Positions 19,081 through 27,875 of a DNA stretch of 64,000 nt are shown one piece after another. The position numbers and the translations under genes were made by a program. Every line of letters begins with the position of its first letter. The stretch's first letter is position 1. The stretch is from Dehalococcoidia bacterium (GTDB taxonomy: Bacteria > Chloroflexota > Dehalococcoidia > Bin125). The stretch covers positions 128,001 to 192,000 of the forward strand of contig CAXXNO010000006.1 of NCBI GenBank assembly GCA_963663235.2. Reading direction: 5' to 3'. The notes under the pieces are model-generated. The model ran no database searches. It worked only from the letters and a program-made list of their open reading frames with translations, and was not told where the DNA came from.

Positions 19081-19115
19081 CGTCCTGCCTTTCTCTTCTC
19101 CCGCGCGCGCGACCC

Positions 19116-19595
19116 CTACGCGATGAACGGCTCCTTGACCCACCCACTCTCGTACGGCGTCATGTAGAAGATCTCGGTCCGTACGTGCCGGAACCGCCAG
19201 CGACCGTCCCGCTTCATGTAGTCGTCGTCGTACGTCGCCGCCAGCCACACCGCGCGACCGTCCACCGTCAGCGTCTCGAACGTGTACCAGTGCCCCGTCG
19301 CCTCCTCGCCCGAGGCCCCGATCTCGATCGTCGGCCCCATCAGGTAGTGCAGACTGAACGTCACCGACTCCGACACTTGCGCGAAGAACTGCCGGATCGC
19401 CTCCTTGCCTTCCATCCGCCCGTGGTAGTTCGCCTCCCACACCGCGTCGTCCGTGAACTGCGCCAGCAGCCCCGCCTGCGGGAACGGCCGCTCGCCCCCG
19501 ATCCCCGCGTCGATGTACCGCCCGTACCCGTTCTTCAGCGCACAGATCGCCTCGATCTCCTCCAGCCGCCGCACCCGCTCCCTCAGCGTCGCCAT
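19116..19595 (-). CDS. SnoaL-like/NTF2 family protein (BaiE/LinA-like fold)
   Basis: LEEIEAI.ALK..Y...D, FTDDAVW, H....P.IEI, ATG.WY and Y.DDY...DGRWRF. Confidence 0.9.
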   Translation of the reverse strand: MATLRERVRRLEEIEAICALKNGYGRYIDAGIGGERPFPQAGLLAQFTDDAVWEANYHGRMEGKEAIRQFFAQVSESVTFSLHYLMGPTIEIGASGEEATGHWYTFETLTVDGRAVWLAATYDDDYMKRDGRWRFRHVRTEIFYMTPYESGWVKEPFIA

Positions 19596-19808
19596 CATTC
19601 CCTCCTAGCCGAGCACTCCGCGCCGTCACCTACTCGATCGCCTCTAGCTGCGCTCGCTGGCTAGCCCGATCAAGGTAGGATCCCTCTAAAGTTCAACTCG
19701 ACCAACTCTGCTCCACTCGGAGATCAGATGACCTATCCCAGAGATTTCATTTCACCTTCTAACTTCGACCTTGCATTAACCCGCTTGCTCCGAGGGCAAA
19801 ACTCCGAC

Positions 19809-21050
19809 TGACCTGCCCCCCCAGAACCGGTCCAGATCCTGTGCGAGGATTCGGGCCGGTGCGAAGGGAGTCGGCATGGCACGCAAGCGGTACGCGGCCG
19901 AGGAGATCATCGGCCACCTGCGGGAGGCGGAGGGGGTGCTCGCGCAGGGGGAATCGGTCGCGCCGGTCGCGCGCCGCCTCGGCGTGGCCGAGCCAACGTA
20001 TTACCGCTGGCGGCGGGAGGACGGGGGGCTGCGGGTCGACCCGGCCAAGCGGCTGAAAGAACGGGAGCGCGAGAACAGTCGGCTGAAGCGGGTGGTGGCC
20101 GATCAGGCGCGGGCCAACGCGATGGTGCGGGACGTCGCAGCGGGAAACTTCTGAGCCCGGCCACGCGGCGCCGGGCGACATCCTACCGCACGGACCCGTA
20201 CGCGGTGGCGGAGCGGCGGGCCTGCCCGGTCACCGGCCAGGCGCGGGCGACCCAGCGCGACGTGCCCCGGCCGTCCCCGGATGCGCCGGCGCTGATCGCG
20301 CGCAGCGTCGCGCTGGCCCCCCGCTGCGGCCGCTACGGCTCCCGTCGCATCCCGGCCCGGCTGCGCCAGGCGGGCTGGCGGGTGAACCCCAAGCGGGTCG
20401 AGCGGCGCTGGCGTCAGGAAGGCTGGCGGGTCCCCGGGAAGCACCCCCAACGGGGCCGCCGCTGGCTCGCGGCCGGCTCGCGGGTGCGGCGGCGGGCCGA
20501 GCGGCCGTCCCACGTCTGGTCCTCCGCCTTCGTCTTCGACCGCACCGCCGAGGGGCGCCCGGTGCGGATCCTCGCCCTCGTGGATGAGGACCACCCGCGA
20601 GGGCCTGCGTCTCGACGTCGCCCGCCGACGGCGCCGCGACGACGGCCTGGCGCGGTTGGCCCAGCTGTTCGTCGAGCGCGGGCCGCCGACGTTTCTGCGG
20701 TCCGCCAACGGCCCGGCGTGCACCGCCACCGCGGTGCGGGACTGGCTGCACCGGGTCGGGGGCACGACCCGCTTCATCGAACCGGGCAGGCCTTGGGCGA
20801 ACGGCTCTGGGGAATCGTTCAACGGCAAGCTGCGCGACGCGTGCCTCAATCGCGAGCGCTTCGACACCCTGCTGGAAGCCCAGATCCTCATCGCGGGCTG
20901 GCGGCGGGAGGACAACCCGATCCGCCCCCACCGTGCCCTCGGCTCCCGCCCCCCCGCCCCGGAAACGCAGCAACCCCGGGAACGTCCCATGACGCGCGTC
21001 CCGGCGATCGGACTCACTTAACGACTGGTACAACGATCGGGGGCAGGTCA
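19809..21050 (+). mobile_element. IS3 family (IS407-like group) insertion sequence, degenerate copy 2 (inverted relative to copy 1)
   Basis: 1242 bp, same IRs; orfA at 19876-20154; orfB dead with the same frameshift; 18 substitutions versus copy 1 by manual comparison. Confidence 0.95.
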
Positions 21051-21054
21051 AAGA

Positions 21055-21215
21055 GGGAACCTCACCCTTCCGCTGTGCGAAGGGCGCAAGCGCCCCCTGG
21101 CTCTCCTTCGACTCGCCTGCGGCTCGCTCAGGACAGGCCCTCTCCATCGGCGAGCGATGGAACCTCACCCCCTGGCCCCCTCTCCATCGGCAAGCGATGG
21201 AGAGGGGGAGGAGAC
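21055..21215. repeat. REP-like composite unit (~160 bp)
   Basis: Near-identical to the reverse complement of 3581-3745. Confidence 0.9.
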
Positions 21216-21217
21216 GA

Positions 21218-21595
21218 CTAGTCGTCGGAGACGAGGACGCGGCCGTCGACGACGCGGGTGCGGAAGGTGCGGATGCGCTTGGGATTGAGCCACTTTTCGA
21301 GGAAGGGTGGGAGCGGGGGCGCTTTCTGGTCGAGGACGTGCCAGAGACCGCGGGGGAGCCACTTTTTGGTCTCGCCGGTGCGGAGGTCGAACTCGGAGTC
21401 GTGCCAGGGGCAGACGATGTTGGAGTGGTCGAGATGGCCCACCGAGAGGGGGGCTGCGAGGTGGGGGCAGCGATCCTGGACGGCGAAGAGTTCACCATCG
21501 AGGTTGGCGACGCAGACGCGTTGCCCGTCCACCTCCCCGGCCGTGACGGAGCCGGGCGGCAGGTCGGCCAGGGCGCAGATATCGGCTTCGGGCAC
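21218..21595 (-). CDS. Rieske 2Fe-2S ferredoxin
   Basis: CPHL...CPWH..EFDL.TG. Confidence 0.95.
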   Translation of the reverse strand: MPEADICALADLPPGSVTAGEVDGQRVCVANLDGELFAVQDRCPHLAAPLSVGHLDHSNIVCPWHDSEFDLRTGETKKWLPRGLWHVLDQKAPPLPPFLEKWLNPKRIRTFRTRVVDGRVLVSDD

Positions 21596-21704
21596 CGGGT
21601 TTTCCTCGTCGCGGATCGGGGCCTAGGATGGCGGGCGGGCGGCGCTGGGTCAATTATGGCGTCGAAGCGCGTTCGCTGTGGGAGCGTGAGGGAGGTACGC
21701 GGCT

Positions 21705-22508
21705 GTGGATATCAACGAGCTGTTGCCGCCGCGGGTAGCGGTGGTTGAACTGAGCGGGGTGATCGGGCTGCGGTTGCACTCGCGGGAGTTCAACAAGTTG
21801 CTGACGGGGGTGCGGGAGAATCGCCGGATCAAGGCGGTAGTGCTGGACATCGACTCGCCGGGCGGGATCGCGCATTCCTCCGAGGACATCTACCTGGCGG
21901 CGCAGCAGCTGGGGCAAGCGAAGCCGCTGGTGGCGTCGATCCGGGGGGTAGGCGCGTCGGGGGCGTACATGGTGGCGTGCGCGGCGGAGCGGATATTCGC
22001 CATCCCCAGCGCGATCGTGGGGTCGATCGGGGTGATCAGCGCGCGGCCGATGGTGGCGCAGTTGCTGGACAAGGTCGGCGTCGAGATGGTGGTGTCGAAG
22101 AGCGGGCGGTTCAAGGACATGGGGTCGTTGTTCCGCGAGCCCACCGAGGAAGAGCGGGCCAAGGAGCAGAAACTTATCGATGCGATCCACGGGCGGTTCC
22201 TGGAGATCGTGAGCGCCGGGCGGGCCGAGGTGCCGCCGGAGCGCGTGCGAGAGATGGCCACGGGCGAGGTGTACACGGGGACGCAGGCGCTGGAGGTGGG
22301 GCTGATCGACGAAGTGGGCAACCTGGACAACGCCGTGCGTTGGGCGGCGCGTCGCGCGGGGATCCCGGCCAAGACGATCATCGTGCGGCCGCGTCGCGGG
22401 CTGGCGCAGATGCTGCTGCAGCGCGGGGCCGAGAGCCTGGTGGACGATATCAGCGCGGCGATGCTGGAGCGGCTCTACGCGGGCGCGCTGGGTGTCCCGC
22501 TGCACTGA
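21705..22508 (+). CDS. sppA: Signal peptide peptidase, S49 family
   Basis: IDSPGG, GASGAY..AC.A..I.A, GSIGV, KSGRFKD and GEVYTG.QA...GLID. Confidence 0.92.
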   Translation: MDINELLPPRVAVVELSGVIGLRLHSREFNKLLTGVRENRRIKAVVLDIDSPGGIAHSSEDIYLAAQQLGQAKPLVASIRGVGASGAYMVACAAERIFAIPSAIVGSIGVISARPMVAQLLDKVGVEMVVSKSGRFKDMGSLFREPTEEERAKEQKLIDAIHGRFLEIVSAGRAEVPPERVREMATGEVYTGTQALEVGLIDEVGNLDNAVRWAARRAGIPAKTIIVRPRRGLAQMLLQRGAESLVDDISAAMLERLYAGALGVPLH

Positions 22509-22514
22509 CGGTTT

Positions 22515-22800
22515 TCTCTCTCCATCCTTCCCAGGAGGGAAGGATGGAGAGACCTCACCCCCTGGCCCCCTCTCCATCGGCAAGCGATGGAGAGGGGGTT
22601 TTATTCCATCGCGAGCGAGGCGTGGGGAGCGGCGCGGCGGGGTCGTGCGCGGCGGAGGGTGCGGGCTGCCGCGAGGGTAGGGGAACCTCACCCTTCCGCT
22701 GTGCGAAGGGCGCAAGCGCCCCCTGGCGCCCTTCGACTCGCCTGCGGCTCGCTCAGGACAGGCTCTCTCCATCGGCAAGCGATGGAGAGGGGGAGGAGGA
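22515..22800. repeat. REP/BIME-like mosaic cluster between convergent genes
   Basis: Same module set as the other clusters. Confidence 0.9.
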
Positions 22801-22806
22801 GCAGCG

Positions 22807-23301
22807 TTACTTGGAGACCATGCGGCGATAGCCGCCCTCGAAGAAGAGGAGGGGGTCTGCGCCGGGATCGCATTCGCAGGCCTTGACCTGGCCGATGTAG
22901 ATGTCGTGGTCGCCGCCGGGGACGATGCTGTGGACGGTGCAGTCCATGTAGGCGATGGCGTCGTCGAGGCGGGGCGCGCCGGTCTCCCCGACGGAGTACT
23001 TGATCTCGGCGAACTCCTCGGGCCCGTAGACTCGCTTGCTGCTGGCGAAGTAGGAGGAGAGAGCTTCCTGATCCGCGCGCAGGATATTCACCGTGAAGGC
23101 GGGCGTTTCTTGGAGGACCTCCAGCATGTGCGTGTCCTTGTCGACGCAGATCAGGATCAGGGGCGGCTCCAAGGAGACCGAGCTGAAGGCGTTGGCGGTC
23201 ATGCCGTGGTAGGCAGGGGGGCGCCCCGCCGTCACCACGGTGACCCCGGTGGCGAACTCGCCGCAGACGTCGCGGAAGTATCTGGTGTCGAAGCCCGGCA
23301 T
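22807..23301 (-). CDS. Flavin reductase family protein
   Basis: FATGVTVVT, GMTANAFSSVSLEPPL and GGDH.I.IG.V. Confidence 0.95.
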   Translation of the reverse strand: MPGFDTRYFRDVCGEFATGVTVVTAGRPPAYHGMTANAFSSVSLEPPLILICVDKDTHMLEVLQETPAFTVNILRADQEALSSYFASSKRVYGPEEFAEIKYSVGETGAPRLDDAIAYMDCTVHSIVPGGDHDIYIGQVKACECDPGADPLLFFEGGYRRMVSK

Positions 23302-23455
23302 GGAGCGTCGCCATCCTCTCTGCAAAGCACCGGCGGGTTAGGCTAGCGGGAACCGCCGCCATCGTACAAGGCATCGCGCTCGCTGCCGCCGGCCTCCGAA
23401 TAGCGCCGTGCTTTGCTACCCTGCGGCGCAGCGAGCAGCAAGAATGGAGCAGCGT

Positions 23456-24250
23456 ATGACGACGGAGCACCTGTTAGTCGAGACCAACAGCGACGGCGTG
23501 GCGACGCTGACGCTGAACCGGCCGGAGAGCCTGAACTCACTCAGCATGGAGCTGGAGTTCGGCCTCCGCGACACCATTGCGGCGTTGAGCAAGGACCGGA
23601 GCGTGCGCGTGGTGGTGATCACGGGCAGCGGCCGGGCGTTCTGCGCCGGAGGTGACGTCAAGTCGATGGGAGCGGGCGGACCGTGGGACTTGCCGCTCGA
23701 AGGGCGGGTCGATCGGCTGAAGCAGCTGCACAAGGTGGGGACGTCGCTGCAAGCGATGCCGCAGCCGACCATCGCGATGGTGAACGGAGTCGCAGCGGGG
23801 GCGGGCTGCAACCTGGCTCTGGCCTGCGACCTGCGAATCGCGTCGGAGGGGGCGAAGTTCACGCTGGCGTTTCGCAACGTCGGGCTGGCGGATGACCTGG
23901 GCGGGGCGTGGTTCCTGCCGCGACTGGCCGGGGTCAGCAAGGCGCTGGAGTTGTTCTTCACGGGAGAGGTTATCGACGCGGAGGAGGCGCTGCGGATCGG
24001 GATGGTGAACCGCGTGGTCCCGGCGGAGCGGCTGACGGCGGAGACGTACGCGCTGGCCGGGCGGCTGGCGCACGGCCCGGCCGAGGCGCTGGCGCTGGTG
24101 AAGCGGGAGGTCTACGGGGGGCTGGGGCAATCGCTGCAGGAGCTGCTGGACATTGAGGCCGAGGAGCAGGCGAAGTTGATGGATGCAGCGGACCACTCGG
24201 AAGGGATCTCCGCGTTCGTGGAGAAGCGGGAGGCGCGCTTCCAGCGCTAG
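23456..24250 (+). CDS. Enoyl-CoA hydratase/isomerase family protein (PaaG-like)
   Basis: LTLNRPE.LN, GRAFCAGGD, VNGVAAGAG..LALACD and AFVEKR. Confidence 0.95.
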   Translation: MTTEHLLVETNSDGVATLTLNRPESLNSLSMELEFGLRDTIAALSKDRSVRVVVITGSGRAFCAGGDVKSMGAGGPWDLPLEGRVDRLKQLHKVGTSLQAMPQPTIAMVNGVAAGAGCNLALACDLRIASEGAKFTLAFRNVGLADDLGGAWFLPRLAGVSKALELFFTGEVIDAEEALRIGMVNRVVPAERLTAETYALAGRLAHGPAEALALVKREVYGGLGQSLQELLDIEAEEQAKLMDAADHSEGISAFVEKREARFQR

Positions 24251-24283
24251 CCCCGGCGCAGAGCCGTTATCGATGCGAAGATC

Positions 24284-24334
24284 ACAGCGCGCCGCCCCGC
24301 CCCGCCGCATTGACGGGGCAGGGCGGGGCGCTGT
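24284..24334. terminator. GC-rich hairpin between convergent genes (possible terminator)
   Basis: CAGCGC..CGCCC.GCCCCG...CGGGGC.GGGCG..GCGCTG inverted repeat. Confidence 0.45.
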
Positions 24335-24357
24335 GAGTGGTGGCGTTGGCCGAGCGG

Positions 24358-27300
24358 CTAGGGCGCGGCGCCGATTTGCTCCCAATCCAGCGCGTGGTCG
24401 CTGACGGTCTGGTTGAAGATGAAGAGGCCACCGAAGCGGTTCGCCGTCGTGAAGGTGCTGAGGAAGAGCGCCTGCCCGCGGCGGAAGATCTCGTACTCCT
24501 GCACGGGCGCAGCGAAGCGGAAGGCCGCGCTCACACCGGGCGGCAGGCCGGCCAAGAGGTCGGCGAGGGCGGCATCGCTTGCGCCGGTGTAGCCGACGAA
24601 GGTGAAGCCGGGCTCGATCACCACGCCGACGGGGCCAGCCGTGAGGACGTTGGGAAGCGTCACGGTGGCGGTCACGTTGGCGGGGAGACGGATGAAGAGG
24701 ACGTCGCGCTGGTTGACGGTGACGAACGTGTTCAGGCCGGGGACGCTGACGTCCGGGCGGTGCACGAGCCAGATCTGGGTGCTGGCGCGGAAGTTGAAGA
24801 CGCTGTCCATGATGGGGCCCACGGCGTCGACGATGTCCTGAACCGGGGTGCCGTTGGGGCCGGTGAAGACGATGGCGTTGAAGCCGCCGACGAGGGTGAA
24901 GGTGATGTCCGCGCCGCCGGGCTGCTCTTCCGTTGCATCGACGCCGTCGCAGTCCTGATCGATGCCGTCGCCGACGATCTCCGGGGCGCTGGGGAAGGTG
25001 TCGGGGTCGGTGTCATCGCAGTCGGGCGTCCCGCCTGTGGCCTGGCCGGCGGCGAACCCGTCGCCGTCCACGTCGTTTAGGACGCTGCCGTCGCAGTCTT
25101 GGTCGATGCCGTCGTAGAGGATCTCGGCGGCGCCGGGGAAGATGTTGGGGTCGGTATCGTCGCAGTCGGTCCCGCCGGCCGCGATGTCATCAAAGCCATC
25201 GCCGTCGGCGTCGGCGCCGGAGAACTCGACGGCACCGATGTCGGTCGTGCCGAGGCGGGGAACGCCGCGCTGGTCCGCGGGGGTCGCCCCCACGTCGTCG
25301 CCCGCGTCGATGGCGGGGCTGCCTGGGAGCAGTGCGTGCGTGAAGGTGGGGCCGCCGTTGTTGGCCAGCGGGCCGAGGAGGGGGTCGACGCCGGGCAGGT
25401 CATCGAGCGCCGTCAGATTGCAGGTGCCGTCGAGATCGATGTTGTTGTTGAGGGAGACGACGGGGCCGACGCAGTCGCCGCCGCTGTTGCCGGCGACGAT
25501 CGTGTTCTTGAGCGAAATGGGGCCGCCAGCGTGAGCGACCCCCCCGCCCGAGGCGCCGGCGAGGTTGTCCGTGATGGTGGTGTTCGTCAGCGTCGCGCTG
25601 GCGGGACCTTCGTTGAGGATGCCGCCACCGACGCCGAGCGTCGTGTTGCCGCTCAGTGTGCTGTTCGTGAGCGTCAATGCTGCGGTTGATCCATTCTCGA
25701 TCCCGCCGGCCTTGGCGGTGCCCGTGTTTCCGCTGATCGTGGTATCGCTGAGCGTTGCGCTTCCCTCTCTGATGGTGAGGCCGCCGCCGCCCGCCGCCGT
25801 GTTCCCGCTCACCGTCGTGCGGGTCACGGTGACCATCGCGCCGGCGCCGGTGCTGCGGAGCCCGCCGCCGTTCCCCCCCCGCTACGTTGGCGGTGATTGC
25901 GCTCTCCACGACGGTGAGGGCGCCGACATTTTGATGAACGCCCCCCCCGAAAGCCGCTGCGGTGTTGTTGCCGATCGTACTGAGCGTCAGCGTGACCGAG
26001 CCGCCGAGGTTAACGATGCCGCCGCCGCTGGTGCCGGCGATGTTGCCGGTCACGAATGAACTGGTCAGGTCCAGTGTTGCAGCGTTGTTGTTGACGATGC
26101 CGCCGCCGAGGCCGTTGGTGGTGTTGTCGCTGACCGTGCTGTCGATCAGCGTGGCCGTTGCGCCGGGGCCGTTCCAGATCCCGCCGCTGTCCAGGTCGCC
26201 GAAGTTGGCGGTGACGGTGGTGGCCGGCAGCGTCAAGAGGTTGCGGTTCGCGATTCCTCCGGCCCCGAAGGGGCTGGCGCTGTTGCCGCTGATCGTGCAA
26301 CCCGTCAAACTCAGCACGCCAGCGTCCATATTGGAGATGCCACCGCCGCCGAAGTTCCCGTTCCCCGCGTTGTTGCTGACGATGCAGGTATCCAAGGTCG
26401 CGGCGCCGTCGTTCCAGAGGCCGCCGCCGAAGGCCGCCACATTGTTATCGAGAGTGGTGCCAGAGAGCGTCAGCGTCCCTACATTCCAGAGGCCGCCGCC
26501 ATCGGTCACCGCTGAGTTGTCGCTGACAATGGAGTCGGAGAGCGTCAAGGTCGCGCCGACGTTGTTGATGATGCCGCCGCCGGGGCCGTTGGTGAGGTTG
26601 TTGGAGACGGTGGTGCCCGTCAGCGTGGCCGTAGCGCCGGGGCCGTTCCAGATCCCGCCGGCGTCCGCATTGCCCAAGTTGCTGGTGATGATGCCGGCGG
26701 TGATCGTCAACGTGCCGCGGTTGGCGATGGCGCCGGAGCCGGAGGGGGTGGCGGTGTTGCCGTTGAGCGTGCAGCCATTCAGATCCATCACACCGCCGGA
26801 GGCGTTGGAGATGGCGGCGGCGCCGAAGGGGCCGGTGGCCAAGTTCCCGGTGAGGGAGCAGGCTGTCAAATTGGCGACGCCGCTGCTGAAGAGGCCGCCA
26901 CCGGTGGATGCGAAGTTGCTGTCGATGATATCGCCCGTCGAAGTGAGAGAGCCGGCGTTGAAGATGCCGCCGCCCTCATCGCTGGCGACGTTGCCGCTGA
27001 TGGTGCTAGTCGAGATGGTCGCCGACCCGGCGGGCAGGAAGAAGGGAAAGCCAATGGCGGCGGAGGTCGCGATCGCGCCACCGTTCGTGGCGGTGTTGCC
27101 GATCAGGGTGGAGTCGGTCAGCGTCAGGGAGCCGGCCGCGACGTTAATGGCACCGCCAGAGCCGCCGCCGGCGTTGCTGCCTGTGATCGTTACGCCCGAG
27201 ATGTTGAGGGATTCGCCGACGAGCACGTGGAAGACGCGATCGATGCCGGCGCCGTCGATCGTGGTGGCCGCGAGGCCTGCGCCGATGATGGTGACGGCGC

Positions 27301-27688
27301 CGCCGCCGCCGGCGATGTCGAGGTCGCCGGTCATGGCGGCGTCCTCGTTGGCCCCGGCGATGGTGAGGGTGAAGGTGCCGGCGATCAGGGTGATGGTGTC
27401 ATCGCCCGCGAGGGCGTTGGCTTCCATGATCGCGGCGCGCAGCGTGCAGGCAATAAAGCCGCCGGCTGAGCAAATGCCGTCGCCCGGGTTGATGTCCACC
27501 GCGTCAGTCCCCGTCGTGACCGTGAAGTTTGCGCCGTGGGCGGTATCCGAGGTGAGTAAGAGCGTGAGCGAGGCGGTGAGCGTCGCTACGACGACGACGA
27601 TAGCGGCCAAGAAGGAGGCCGCGGGGAGGGGGCGACGGCCCCGGGCGGCAGCGCGGATGAGGTTCAGGGGGCGAGCGTCGAGGTGCAT
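24358..27688 (-). CDS. Large secreted CSLREA / right-handed beta-helix (choice-of-anchor Q-like) adhesin with DCDD metal-binding repeats and two C-terminal GWN-type modules; +1 frameshift in the C8 tract at 25873-25880
   Basis: [11 protein letters not shown], many GGGI.N/GGAI repeats, [29 protein letters not shown] and DCDD.DP...[14 protein letters not shown]; split into ORFs 25400-27706 and 24358-25836. Confidence 0.85.
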
Positions 27689-27875
27689 GGGGCGTTCCTC
27701 TCGCAAAGGCGCGGCGCGGCTGTGTCGTTGGCGGGGCGTCGCAGGTGAAGTCGAAGGCTACGACGCGAGGGAGGGGGGGCAACGACGCGAGCGGGCGCCG
27801 CTTAGGCCGGGAGCGGGCGGAGGGGAAGGTCGAAGACGGTGTCGCCGACGGGGGTGAAGCCGGGTCTCAGCGCTC

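Noticed and set aside
2339-21050. Composite transposon carrying 3581-19808
   Set aside because: Outer flanks (CTGG / AAGA) show no TSD, the cargo has host-like composition and host REPs, and the flank pattern fits an inversion better
190-22800. CRISPR array interpretation of the recurring 30-40 bp repeats
   Set aside because: No constant repeat with unique, equal-length spacers; modules are mosaic, bidirectional and dispersed; no cas genes
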